The notes below the pieces were generated by a model. The model was not told where the DNA came from and did no database searches. It was given only the letters and a program-made list of their open reading frames with translations. Below, in pieces: positions 1 to 9,682 of a stretch of DNA of 64,000 nucleotides; position 1 is the stretch's first letter, and each line of letters begins with the position of its first letter. The translations under genes were made by a program, and so were the position numbers. This DNA comes from Terriglobia bacterium (GTDB lineage Bacteria; Acidobacteriota; Terriglobia; 20CM-2-55-15), in assembly GCA_965218585.1 (NCBI GenBank), contig CBDCLE010000022.1:1-64000 (forward strand), given 5' to 3'.

Positions 1-173
1 GACGTGGTCACATTCCCGTTTAACGGGCTGTGAGGACGTTGTATCGGCCCCGAAAGGCGGGTCTTTTTGTCGCCCCGACTAAAAGAGCGGGTCGGCCCCT
101 GCAAAAACGGTTGCTGACACCCCACTCTTCAGAAGACCCCGCTCTCCTGGGGTCGTGACCCGCTATCGTTTCA

Positions 174-686
174 CTAGCGAGGCGTAGGACCTTCTATCGC
201 CAGTAACTCGTCTCCGAATTGAGTGCTGCCCTCGACCGAGTCGCAATGCGAACCCTCAATCGGCGGGGTGTCCATCGGGCATCGGTACAGACCCGAACCT
301 CCTCTGTCTCCTGCCGGCCTCCCATCCCGCCGCGGATGGATTCCCATGCTGAAGATCGTCCCCTGTGGGAAGCTTTCTGAGGTAATACCTTCCCTGCGTG
401 CCTGGCCGGAACTTTCCATCTGAAGAACCCAGACCTGGGGCTCGCCATCCTCACGGCGCACCAGAGCGTTCCGTTCTTCGTTCAAGGGAACCATGTGCAT
501 CTCGAAGTGAGCGGCGTTTGGAACGATGCGAACCATCACGCCGGTAAACACCTTGTACACACTTCCGTCATACATGGCGTACGAATGATGCGCGTCCGCC
601 GTCTGGACCAAAAAACCTACCGACAAAATCACGGCGACTGTCGCAACCATTCCCGCCATCACGGCTGTAACCTTATTAAATTTCAT
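174..686 (-). CDS. Secreted small protein, DUF6152-like (signal peptide then HHS)
   Basis: ATG at 686 with GGAGGA RBS. Signal peptide ends ADA|HHSYAMYD, followed by PNAAHFEM. The longer ORF start overlaps the upstream gene and is rejected. Confidence 0.7.
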   Translation of the reverse strand: MKFNKVTAVMAGMVATVAVILSVGFLVQTADAHHSYAMYDGSVYKVFTGVMVRIVPNAAHFEMHMVPLNEERNALVRREDGEPQVWVLQMESSGQARREGITSESFPQGTIFSMGIHPRRDGRPAGDRGGSGLYRCPMDTPPIEGSHCDSVEGSTQFGDELLAIEGPTPR

Positions 687-711
687 TGCCAATCCTCCGC
701 TATACGTATTT

Positions 712-2016
712 CTAATTAAAGCCAAGGTCAAGTTCCTTTCGTGGCCGCCCTTCCATGTCTTGCTCGAGCTGTTCCCAGATCTGGGCCCACGGCCGGTCGA
801 GCATGTCCGGGACTCGGTACTCGATGACGTCCCCCGGCACAACCTGGGTTGGGAATCCGTCGATGGCGTAGAGCGGCCGGGTGCATTCGTTGTTGCCCAT
901 CCGGCCCGACTCGGCCAATGACTGCCGCCGAGTCCTGTGCCAGAGAATCCGTACCGGTTCCACGAGCGCTTCGGAATCGTAAACGACCGCTTCCCAGTCG
1001 ATTCCAATCAGCTCACCCGCCGCATTCTTAACGGGCGTGAAGATCTCGACCGTCTCCAGTTCATCGCTCCACTCCCAACTGGAATGCTGGTTCCAACCCT
1101 GGACATTCGACGTCATGGTGATCAGCGCTTCACCGTCCCAGAACCCTATCGTATCTCCGTACCACTGCGGGATATCGTTCCCCAGAGGGAATTCCCGCTC
1201 GAGATACACGATTCGCGTCATCGTGGCGCCCGCAAGCATAACCATCTCCGGGGTGACGATAAAGCGACTCGGCACGCTTCCGCCCGTAGCCCACTGCCGC
1301 ATGAAACCTTCGGGCCAGCAATACTGCATAGACCACGCGTGGGCCGCGTTGACACCCTCATGATAGATCTGCTGCACCATGTGCTGCTGGTGTTCCGGCG
1401 TCAGCAAGGACAAGATAGTCGGCATCTGGTTGGCGCGCATGTAGTTCCAGACCAGCCGCCTCTCCGGTGCATACTGCCCGTAGACACCGTCCCACTTGGG
1501 CATCGTTTCATAGGTATGCTGTGTCGGGCCGCCTCGAGATTCCGCGTCAGCCATCAGCGCCACGTAGTGATCGCCCGCGCTCGTGAACGGATAGGGGCTC
1601 AGGATGTTCTCCTTGGGCCAATCCACATTACAGTCTCCCCATCGCGCCGATGTCGGCGGATTGCTCCCGATTCTCGGGTCGGACGTGCCACGGCCGGCGC
1701 CCCCGCTACGCAGATCAGCCATCATTCGTGGTGCGTTGCAGCGCCAGTACCGCTGGTCCATCCAAAGGTCGCGGTCCAGGTAGAAATCTGTGGTCGTGAA
1801 GACATCCACGGGAAGAGGCGTCACGCCATCGGGCGGCCTCCCATCCCACTCCGGACCCTCTCCGTGACTGGGCACATCAGGCGGTGGATTCATCGACGTA
1901 AAGGGCGCGCCCCGCAGGCCCGCCACTTCCGGCGGTTCGAGCTGTGCGGACGCCACACCTACGATCACAAAGAGCGACAGCACCGCCGCCCCAATTGTCT
2001 TACCGACTACAGTCAT
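712..2016 (-). CDS. Secreted uncharacterised protein of the family usually paired with DUF6152
   Basis: 434-aa ORF with AGGAGG RBS, signal peptide (VASA|Q), and YCWPEG and PQWYGDTIGFWDGEAL motifs. Directly upstream of the DUF6152-like gene. Confidence 0.7.
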   Translation of the reverse strand: MTVVGKTIGAAVLSLFVIVGVASAQLEPPEVAGLRGAPFTSMNPPPDVPSHGEGPEWDGRPPDGVTPLPVDVFTTTDFYLDRDLWMDQRYWRCNAPRMMADLRSGGAGRGTSDPRIGSNPPTSARWGDCNVDWPKENILSPYPFTSAGDHYVALMADAESRGGPTQHTYETMPKWDGVYGQYAPERRLVWNYMRANQMPTILSLLTPEHQQHMVQQIYHEGVNAAHAWSMQYCWPEGFMRQWATGGSVPSRFIVTPEMVMLAGATMTRIVYLEREFPLGNDIPQWYGDTIGFWDGEALITMTSNVQGWNQHSSWEWSDELETVEIFTPVKNAAGELIGIDWEAVVYDSEALVEPVRILWHRTRRQSLAESGRMGNNECTRPLYAIDGFPTQVVPGDVIEYRVPDMLDRPWAQIWEQLEQDMEGRPRKELDLGFN

Positions 2017-2354
2017 CTCTTTCCCCTCCTAAATGAGACAGCAGGAAGTCGCCGAGATCTGACCCCGGTTCTGCACCGGGCTTGATTAGGGAACATCTCT
2101 GCAGATCAAACCGTAGGTCGATCGGTTGCGGTTTCAATTGGAACTGATGACATGGCATGCGCCTTCCCTCACAGAACTCGGGCGAGACCGCTACGATGAC
2201 CCTATTTGAAACGTATTAAACCACAGAATGTATGACGGCTGGTAGAAACTTTTCAGTGGTCCGGGCACCGTAGACCGTTTATTGTCATCGGCTTAACGGG
2301 ATTTCCCGGACCTTCTCCAGATCCTGGCACCGACGACCCGACACTGGGCCCCCG

Positions 2355-2909
2355 CTATTCGGGGGGCGTGAAAAGATCCTCAAGGTTGATCCCCGGATCG
2401 AGGTCTACTTCAACTTCCGAAGTTGTGTAGCCGATCCACCGGCCCATGAAGATAATCCCGACCCACAACACGAGCGAAAAGGCCGCGGCGGCTTTCGCTG
2501 CCCGCGGCGTTGTGGCCGCCGTTCCCCAATCCCCGGCCCTCCGGCCCGTCGTCAGCTCAAACACGAGCATGTTGATTCCCGCAAGCACGAGCAGCAGCAC
2601 CTTGGTCCGGAAGAACAAGTTCCCGTAATACACCGTCGCGTTTGTTGTGAACATCAACGTCCCGGTGGTGAGGGTCAGGACGAAAGCCGCCCAGACCCAT
2701 TTCAGGATGTCGGACTTGATCCGCGTGAACGGCCGGCTACGCGACGCAATCCCAAGAAGGCGGAAATCCAGGATTGTAGCCGTTCCGAAGACTAAGACCA
2801 GTCCGAGGACATGGCAGGACTCGATCAGCGGGAACAGGTACAACGAGTCCCGGATTCCCAAAGCGAGACTCGATGATTCCACCGATTCCAGAAAGCTAAT
2901 GATGTCCAT
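2355..2909 (-). CDS. DUF6644-like 4-TM membrane protein
   Basis: Four hydrophobic segments and the motifs ESCHVLG, DFRLLG, FRTK and GRWIGY. ATG at 2909. Confidence 0.7.
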   Translation of the reverse strand: MDIISFLESVESSSLALGIRDSLYLFPLIESCHVLGLVLVFGTATILDFRLLGIASRSRPFTRIKSDILKWVWAAFVLTLTTGTLMFTTNATVYYGNLFFRTKVLLLVLAGINMLVFELTTGRRAGDWGTAATTPRAAKAAAAFSLVLWVGIIFMGRWIGYTTSEVEVDLDPGINLEDLFTPPE

Positions 2910-2940
2910 GATTCCAATCCCAATCAGACAGCGACTCAGG

Positions 2941-3462
2941 TCAGGCCGGTGACCCGAACAACAGCCCCCACACAAAGTCGTAACCGATCATGCGACCCAT
3001 GAAGATGATCCCCACCCAGACGAACAGGTTCAGGACCGCACCCAGCTTGACACTAACTCGGTTCACCAGGGTCTGCTCCCAATGCTGCTCGTTCTTCCGA
3101 AGACTGATCAGGAAGGCCGTCGCGACCAGCATGCCCACAGCCAGAAGGAACATCTTGATCCAGAAAGAGATGGCCAGCAGCTGGCGCGGGGGCTCGCCGA
3201 TTATCATTAGAATGCCAGTCGCCAGCAGGACACCCATGGACCATCGCAGCCAGGGGCCGAATCGGTCTGCGGTTTCGCGGAGCGTTTGATCGCGCCCCGC
3301 CAACCCCAGGACACGCAGCTCGATCATCAGCACGCCCCCCACCGTGATGCCGATAGCGACGATATGAACCGACTGAATCAGCGGAATGACCCAGGCGTTG
3401 TGAGTCTGAATCAGAAGGCTTGGTGAGGTCAGATAGAGCCAATTGGCGAATTGTTCAACCAC
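2941..3462 (-). CDS. DUF6644-like 4-TM membrane protein (tandem paralog)
   Basis: QSVHIVA, ELRVLG, FWIKM and GRMIGY parallel the motifs of the adjacent gene. Confidence 0.7.
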   Translation of the reverse strand: MVEQFANWLYLTSPSLLIQTHNAWVIPLIQSVHIVAIGITVGGVLMIELRVLGLAGRDQTLRETADRFGPWLRWSMGVLLATGILMIIGEPPRQLLAISFWIKMFLLAVGMLVATAFLISLRKNEQHWEQTLVNRVSVKLGAVLNLFVWVGIIFMGRMIGYDFVWGLLFGSPA

Positions 3463-3635
3463 TTCAGTCGTCTTTAAATATGATTTCGAAAGCGTCGGCG
3501 TTTCATGCCTGAACGTGCGGCGGCATCATACTTTGAGATTGGAGCGGGCACAACCCGGTGCGTCAGGGCATGCGAAGGGAGGTGGGCAACTCTTGCGCGA
3601 CCCAACTCGTCAAAAAATGACCGTCGGCGCGGTTC

Positions 3636-4859
3636 TCAGTCCAGGGTCCATAACGTCAGGTTGCTGACGTCCTTCACGTAAAAACTGTTTCCCGAAATCG
3701 CCGGCTGCGCCCAAGTGGCGCTCGAGGCAATCTTGTAACGGCGAATGGAGTCAAGCCCTGTTCGGCTCGCGTTCAAGACCAGCATTTCCGCGTCGTCCTC
3801 GAGCGAGAATATCGTGTCACCCGCTCGAACGATGGCCGCGTTCTCGGCCTGACGCGGGTCGCTCAGCCAGAGCACATCTCCGGTATCGAGATCCAAACCG
3901 AAGTACTGCCCGCTGTTCAAGTGCGACAAGCCGTAGAGGACACCTTCGATCTCCACGCCATTGGTCAAGTGCAGCGAGACTTCATCGGTGTGCCAGACGT
4001 CTTCGGTCGTCCATCCGTTGTCTCCAGCAACCACACGAAACGCAGTGATGCCGTTTTCGCGACCAGCCTGAATGATCGTGTCTCTGTAAAGGATAGGCGT
4101 CTGTGAAGTCGTATCTGACGGGGTTACGAACGGGCGGGTCCAGAGCAGCTCACCCGTGGCCATCGAAACACCGACGAAATTCTGGTGCGTGAAAGTCACC
4201 ACCTGCCGTGTTCCCTCAAGGTCGACGACGATCGGCGAACCGTATGCAGGACTGTCTCCCTCCCACTGCCAGCGAGGCTCACCGGTAGCGACATCGAAGG
4301 CCGTCAATGCCGTGTCACCCGGGCCACCCACGTGGACGATCATCACGTCACCATCGACGACGGGCGACATACCGGTGTGGTATAGAGGCTGCGCTGGGGG
4401 TGCGGGGCTCTGCCAGAGCTGGCGTCCGGTCTGGGCGTCGAACGCCGTCACGATGCCGCTGATTCCCAAAGTGAAAATCCGCCCATCGGCATAGGTGGGT
4501 GTGGACTTGGGACCTGGTCCGTGGCGTGCCGCTGCCCGAGACAATTCAAACTCGGCCGGATAGCTCGTCCGCCAGATCGTCTGGCCCGTATCCGGATCGA
4601 GCGCCTGCATGACCTCGTCTTCCCCCTGACGCGTGAACATATAGAGACGATCCTCTACGAGGAGTGGCGTCGCATAGCCCGCGCCGACTTCAACCTGCCA
4701 CAGCCGGGTTAACTGTTCCGGCCAGGAGACGGGCGTACTGAAAGAAGCGATGGCGCCGTCCCGGTTGGGTCCGCGCCACTGTGGCCAGTCCTGACCGTAA
4801 GCAATCGAGGTAAGCCCAAAGCAGGCGGTAAGGACAGCCAAAAATTTCAGTTTCGCCAT
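3636..4859 (-). CDS. Secreted PQQ-binding-like (BamB-like) beta-propeller protein
   Basis: Signal peptide then QDWPQWRGPNRDG, with repeated xAxDxxTGxxxW blades. Confidence 0.85.
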   Translation of the reverse strand: MAKLKFLAVLTACFGLTSIAYGQDWPQWRGPNRDGAIASFSTPVSWPEQLTRLWQVEVGAGYATPLLVEDRLYMFTRQGEDEVMQALDPDTGQTIWRTSYPAEFELSRAAARHGPGPKSTPTYADGRIFTLGISGIVTAFDAQTGRQLWQSPAPPAQPLYHTGMSPVVDGDVMIVHVGGPGDTALTAFDVATGEPRWQWEGDSPAYGSPIVVDLEGTRQVVTFTHQNFVGVSMATGELLWTRPFVTPSDTTSQTPILYRDTIIQAGRENGITAFRVVAGDNGWTTEDVWHTDEVSLHLTNGVEIEGVLYGLSHLNSGQYFGLDLDTGDVLWLSDPRQAENAAIVRAGDTIFSLEDDAEMLVLNASRTGLDSIRRYKIASSATWAQPAISGNSFYVKDVSNLTLWTLD

Positions 4860-4882
4860 CACGTTATCTCCAGCGAGCGCAA

Positions 4883-5332
4883 TCACGCCGCGGGTCGAAA
4901 ATACAAGATCATTGCAGCCCCGACTGAGGCGAACAGGAAACCAACATACAGCATCGGATTGATCGCCGTCCGCAGGGGATGGATCGCCATCGAAAACAGG
5001 ACGTTTACGATCGGTGCGCCGCCAAAAACGAGTGGCATGACGTATATGGGCAAACCCCCGGTACGGAACGACCAGATAATGCAGACAGCGCCGATCGCGC
5101 CGAGAGCACCCGCGATGGTGGCATTCATCAGGCCGGTCCGATCAAAGCCCGAAAGATCGCCCTGGGCACTGAGCCCACCCACGGGAACGATCACGCCGAT
5201 TAGAAAATAAGCCGCGCCTACGCAGAGCAACGCCTTGAGCGGATCGCCCAGTTGAACCTGCCCTTGATGCAGCAAGGAACCGTAAATACCCCAAGCCACC
5301 ACTGCCCCGAATGCGAAAATTACCCAACCCAT
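4883..5332 (-). CDS. Small multi-TM membrane protein (EamA/DMT-like half)
   Basis: About five hydrophobic helices with a VMPLVFGGAPIVN motif. GGAGG lies just upstream of the ATG at 5332; alternative start 5368. Confidence 0.65.
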   Translation of the reverse strand: MGWVIFAFGAVVAWGIYGSLLHQGQVQLGDPLKALLCVGAAYFLIGVIVPVGGLSAQGDLSGFDRTGLMNATIAGALGAIGAVCIIWSFRTGGLPIYVMPLVFGGAPIVNVLFSMAIHPLRTAINPMLYVGFLFASVGAAMILYFRPAA

Positions 5333-5569
5333 ACGCCTCCGCCTCCCAGGAATTTTTTCATCAGACATCAGGTCCCCTCTCGATCGCCTTTTTCGATAAA
5401 CCAGTGGAAAGGGTACCGCCTCGATTGCGGAGAAGTCCACCGCCTTCGGAAGATGAGGCACCGTCATCCCATGTCTTTCTTGCCACCTGCCCACCGTTCG
5501 ACTTAGAGTACTGATGGATTGCTCGACTCCATTTTTGGCTCTTTCATCGGACCGAAGGTAAAGATCTCT

Positions 5570-6586
5570 ATGACATCGTATATAAGTTCAATCGAAAACC
5601 TACTCCTGCGACTGCGAATCGCCCTCGCGGGACTGATCTTGTTGGGTCTGGTCGCCTGTTCCGGAGTCGGCGGAGCGGAAGAAACGGTCCTCGTTGACGG
5701 CGTCACCGTCCCGGCCCGCATGCAAATGGCCACGGCAAGTGTCGGGGGCAGTTATTACCCGGTTGGCAATGCTGTCGCGCAGGTGCTCAGTGACGGCCTG
5801 CCGGGAGCCATCGTTACCGCCGAGGTCACCAGCGGCTCCTCGCAGAACATCCGCATGTTGGATGCAGACCAGGTGGATCTGGGCCTCGGCAATGCCGCAA
5901 TCACATTCCCCGCGATCCGCGGAGAAGAAGGTTTTGACAGACCGTTTCCTGTACAGGCCGTTATTTCGCTCCAGAGCTCGGTCATGACTCTGGTCACTCG
6001 GGAAGACAGTGATTTCGAGACAATCGGCGATCTCGCTGGAACTCGTGTCGCCGTCGGTCCGGCCGGGGGTGGTTGGGACTACTACATGAAACCGATCCTG
6101 GAGGCACACGGTCTGAACTGGGACGACTTCCGGCAGATCTATGAAGGTCAGGCCAACGCTGTGGAACTGTTAGCCGACGGTGGAGTCGATGCCGTCGTCG
6201 TCGGTGGCAGCGTTCCCCAGCCTTCTCTCCTGTCCGCCACTGCGACCGAGGACCTCAGATACCTGCAATTTGACGCCTCCATCCTGGACACGGTCGGCCT
6301 CCGGTACCCTTTCATCCGGAAGATCACGATTCCCGCAGGCACTTACGAAGGTCTCGATGAGGACTATCAGACTATGGATTCGGGAACTGCCCAATTGCTC
6401 GTGCGTTCCGACGCGGATCCTGACTATGTGTATCTGATCGCCAAGACGATTTACGAGAACAGGGCGCGGATAGCAGAGATACACCCGGCGGGACGTGAGA
6501 TCACGCCCGAGCGCGCAGCTATGGATATCGGCATTCCCTACCACGAAGGAAGCCTCCGATACTTTAGGGAGATCGGACTCCGGTAG
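5570..6586 (+). CDS. TAXI-family TRAP transporter solute-binding protein
   Basis: ATASVGGSYY, TSGSSQN and IPYHEG motifs; lipobox LVAC. Start codon uncertain. Confidence 0.9.
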   Translation: MTSYISSIENLLLRLRIALAGLILLGLVACSGVGGAEETVLVDGVTVPARMQMATASVGGSYYPVGNAVAQVLSDGLPGAIVTAEVTSGSSQNIRMLDADQVDLGLGNAAITFPAIRGEEGFDRPFPVQAVISLQSSVMTLVTREDSDFETIGDLAGTRVAVGPAGGGWDYYMKPILEAHGLNWDDFRQIYEGQANAVELLADGGVDAVVVGGSVPQPSLLSATATEDLRYLQFDASILDTVGLRYPFIRKITIPAGTYEGLDEDYQTMDSGTAQLLVRSDADPDYVYLIAKTIYENRARIAEIHPAGREITPERAAMDIGIPYHEGSLRYFREIGLR

Positions 6587-6609
6587 AATCACCAAAGAGT
6601 TCGGATATC

Positions 6610-8529
6610 GTGGCTAAGGAAGACCGAGGGGAAGCGGGCGGCCCGGCAATAAACTCGCCGAAGATTCATTACTACCTCGTCCGGGCCCTTGCGATCGCTT
6701 TTACACTCTTCGCGATCATCGAAGTCAACCGCCCGAACCTACCTCCGTTTCAGCAGCGTGCGATCTTCCTCCTGTTCCCTCTGACGCTGGTCTTCCTGAT
6801 CCCTGCAGGGAAGGCTGCCGGCGAGCTTGGGGGACGCTTCGGCAAGAACGTCAATTACGCTCTCACCGGTCTTGCCATCATCTGCTGCGGCTATATCGTC
6901 GTGGAATACGATGGATTGATCGTTCGAATGGGCACGCCGACATCTCTGGATCTGGTCATCGGAACGATGGGGATGGGTCTGGTTCTGGAGGCGACGCGCA
7001 GACGTGTAGGATGGGCGCTGCCCGGGATTGCTGCCGTATTCATCGTGTATGCCTATGCCGGGGGTATGCTGCCGATTGTGCTGGGAGGCCACGCGGGATA
7101 TCCGGTGAATCGAATCATCACGCAATCCTTTCTCACGATGGAAGGCATCTTCGGTCTTCCTTTGGCGGTGATGTTCAGATACGTGTTCCCGTTCGTTCTC
7201 TTTGGCGTCGTCCTCGAAGCGATTGGAGCTCTGGGATTCGCCATCGATCTGGCCGAAGCGCTCCTGGGGAGGTTCCGGGGTGGGCCGGCCAAAGTCGCAG
7301 TCGTGTCGAGTGGCGTGTTCGGGTTGGTCAACGGGAGCGCTGTTGCGAACGTCGTCACTGCCGGATCCTTCACGATACCGATGATGAAGAAGACGGGCGT
7401 CCAGCCTCACGTGGCGGCGGCAGTCGAAGCCGTTGCCTCGACCGGAGGACAGCTCATGCCGCCGGTCATGGGTGCCGCAGCCTTTATGATGGTCGAATTC
7501 CTTGGGATCCCTTATCTGACGATCGCAAAGGCCGCGCTCCTGCCGGCGTTGCTCTACTACCTGGCTCTCTTCACGACAATCCATTGCTACTCGGTGCGTC
7601 ATGGTATAGGCGGGGTCCAGATTGAGGGCCAAGGCGCACTGATCGTGAGCATCATGAAACGGACGGAACTCTACCTGTTCGCAGTCCCTTTCGGCTGCCT
7701 GATCGCGTTCCTGGCCTCGGGTTTCACGACGACAAGGTCCGTATCGTATGCGGTCCTGGCAGCATTTGCCGTCAGCCTATTCGTTCCCAAGCGACGACTG
7801 ACGCCGTATCGCCTCATCGAAGTTCTCGAAAAGGCGGGGCGAGACGCGATTTCCCTGACCTGTGCCACTGCATGTGTAGGCATCGTCATCGGTCTTATTT
7901 TGATGACCGCTCTAGGAGCAAGATTCACACCGATGATCGTGGAACTGTCAGGGGGAAACATTTACATCGCGCTGCTTCTGGTGATGTTCTCTTCGGTAGT
8001 CCTTGGCATGGGCCTCCCGACGACGATCTGTTATGTCCTTCTGGCGACCCTTGCCGCACCCGCGCTCATCAACCTGGGCATCATGCCGTTGGCCGCGCAC
8101 ATGTTCATTTTGTATTTTGGAATGATGTCGATGGTGACGCCACCCAGCGCTCTGGCCGCTTATGCGGCGGCGATGATCGCCGGCGCCGACATCATGAAAA
8201 CCGGATTCACGTCCTGGTTTTTCTCGCTCTCCGGATACTTACTACCGTTCGCATTCGTTCTGAGTCCGGCACTGCTCATGATCGGACCCGTCCCCGAAAT
8301 CGTGCTGGCTTCCCTCACGGCAGCGATTGGCGTCATGGCGCTTGGGGCCGCCGTAGCGGGACACTTGAAGATGGCGCTGCCTGGGATTGAACGGGCAATC
8401 CTTTTCCTCGTAGCTGCGCTGTTGATTGATTCGGGATTGTTGACGGATATTGGCGGCCTGGTCCTGCTCGCACCGGTGCTGGTGAGACATTACAGACCGT
8501 TTGGGATCGGTTCTACTTCACCCGTCTAA
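6610..8529 (+). CDS. TRAP transporter fused permease (4TM/12TM, TAXI-type)
   Basis: GGPAKVAV, GSAVANVV, STGGQLMPPVMGAAAF and LGMGLPTT motifs; follows the TAXI receptor. Confidence 0.92.
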   Translation: MAKEDRGEAGGPAINSPKIHYYLVRALAIAFTLFAIIEVNRPNLPPFQQRAIFLLFPLTLVFLIPAGKAAGELGGRFGKNVNYALTGLAIICCGYIVVEYDGLIVRMGTPTSLDLVIGTMGMGLVLEATRRRVGWALPGIAAVFIVYAYAGGMLPIVLGGHAGYPVNRIITQSFLTMEGIFGLPLAVMFRYVFPFVLFGVVLEAIGALGFAIDLAEALLGRFRGGPAKVAVVSSGVFGLVNGSAVANVVTAGSFTIPMMKKTGVQPHVAAAVEAVASTGGQLMPPVMGAAAFMMVEFLGIPYLTIAKAALLPALLYYLALFTTIHCYSVRHGIGGVQIEGQGALIVSIMKRTELYLFAVPFGCLIAFLASGFTTTRSVSYAVLAAFAVSLFVPKRRLTPYRLIEVLEKAGRDAISLTCATACVGIVIGLILMTALGARFTPMIVELSGGNIYIALLLVMFSSVVLGMGLPTTICYVLLATLAAPALINLGIMPLAAHMFILYFGMMSMVTPPSALAAYAAAMIAGADIMKTGFTSWFFSLSGYLLPFAFVLSPALLMIGPVPEIVLASLTAAIGVMALGAAVAGHLKMALPGIERAILFLVAALLIDSGLLTDIGGLVLLAPVLVRHYRPFGIGSTSPV

Positions 8530-8616
8530 AAGTAGGGACAGGTCACTCTTTTTGAGAGTGAATTCCTCATGCCCGAGTCCGCGGATTGCAAAAAGAGTGA
8601 CCTGTCCCTACTTTTA
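8527..8616. repeat. Perfect 28-bp inverted repeat (REP/MITE-like) between convergent genes
   Basis: taaaagtagggacaggtcactctttttg (8527-8554) is the exact reverse complement of 8589-8616; 34-bp spacer. Confidence 0.9.
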
Positions 8617-8622
8617 TGCAGG

Positions 8623-9603
8623 TTAGTCCGCCTCGAAACGATAATAGTTGGAGAAGCGTTTCAGCGGTTCGTCCGACAGTTCGAACAGGACCGAGTCGGT
8701 CGTGGCCTTGTGTTCGTACTTGTTCCAGGTGGGGATGGCGATCGTGTCACCGAACTGCCACTCGAAGCTCTTTTCTCCGACAATCGTTTCGCCACTTCCC
8801 TCCATTACGACAAAAACGCGATCCGCCGTTGAACGCTGGCGCCGGGTCGTCGAGCCCGCATCAAGCCGTTCCACATGAAGTCCCATCACGGGCATTTCAC
8901 GGGCTTCCAGAGCAATGCGTTGGCCATGAAACCCCTCAGGATCCGCGTTGGCCTTGTCCAGCCCTGCTCGGATCGAGTCTCGATCGAATCGGAAAGGCGA
9001 CGTTTCGACGACCGAGACGACCTCCTCGAACACGTGAGGATGGTCCTGGTAGAACATCGGCTCGAGCAGTTGCGTGAGCGGAACATCGAGACCGTCGATC
9101 CAGTAGGCTGGCGTGTCGCCGTCATGCCCGTGTCCATGCCAGTACCATCCGGGCGTCAGGACGACGTCGCCCGACTCCATGGGGGTCTGGACTCCATTGA
9201 CGATCGTGTAGGATTTCGTCGCCTCGAGAATCACACGAAGGGCGTGTGGAGAGTGGCGGTGGGATCGTGCGCGCTCACCCGGGAGCAGCATCTGATAGGC
9301 AAAGACCAGCGAGTTGGTCGTTGCAAAGTTGTTACCGGCAAATGGATTGCGGAGTACGAGGTTGCGCCGCTCAGCCAGGGTCACATCGATTAGACGCCCA
9401 GCAGCGTCGATCGCCGTCTTCATTTCCTCATACCGCCATTGGGCCGGAACGAACCTGGATCGCGGTTCACTCCACAGGATGGGCACATCGCGGTCCACCC
9501 AGCCGGGAGTTACTTCAAACCTCTTAAGCTCCTCGTAAAGGAGATCGAGCGTAGGAACGTTGCTGATAGCCTCGAGACGCTCCATCCTGGCAATATCAGT
9601 CAC
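8623..9603 (-). CDS. Gentisate 1,2-dioxygenase-like bicupin
   Basis: AERRNLVLRNP, HRHSPHALR, WHGHGH and DGLDVPL are typical of the gentisate/salicylate/1-hydroxy-2-naphthoate dioxygenases. Confidence 0.85.
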   Translation of the reverse strand: MTDIARMERLEAISNVPTLDLLYEELKRFEVTPGWVDRDVPILWSEPRSRFVPAQWRYEEMKTAIDAAGRLIDVTLAERRNLVLRNPFAGNNFATTNSLVFAYQMLLPGERARSHRHSPHALRVILEATKSYTIVNGVQTPMESGDVVLTPGWYWHGHGHDGDTPAYWIDGLDVPLTQLLEPMFYQDHPHVFEEVVSVVETSPFRFDRDSIRAGLDKANADPEGFHGQRIALEAREMPVMGLHVERLDAGSTTRRQRSTADRVFVVMEGSGETIVGEKSFEWQFGDTIAIPTWNKYEHKATTDSVLFELSDEPLKRFSNYYRFEAD

Positions 9604-9640
9604 TTCTGACTCTCCTCCCCTCGATTACACTTAACGATCC

Positions 9641-9682
9641 CAGGACAGAACCCGATCAGGCCCAGGGCAGAACCCGATCAGG
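9641..9682. repeat. Short direct repeat, 20 bp x2 (period 22)
   Basis: caggacagaacccgatcagg (9641-9660) and cagggcagaacccgatcagg (9663-9682); the second copy overlaps the stop codon of the rhodanese-fusion gene. Confidence 0.8.

Noticed and set aside
1-173. Cluster of short hairpins as a possible ncRNA
   Set aside because: Stems are only 6-8 bp, no known motif was recognised, and context is cut by the window edge.
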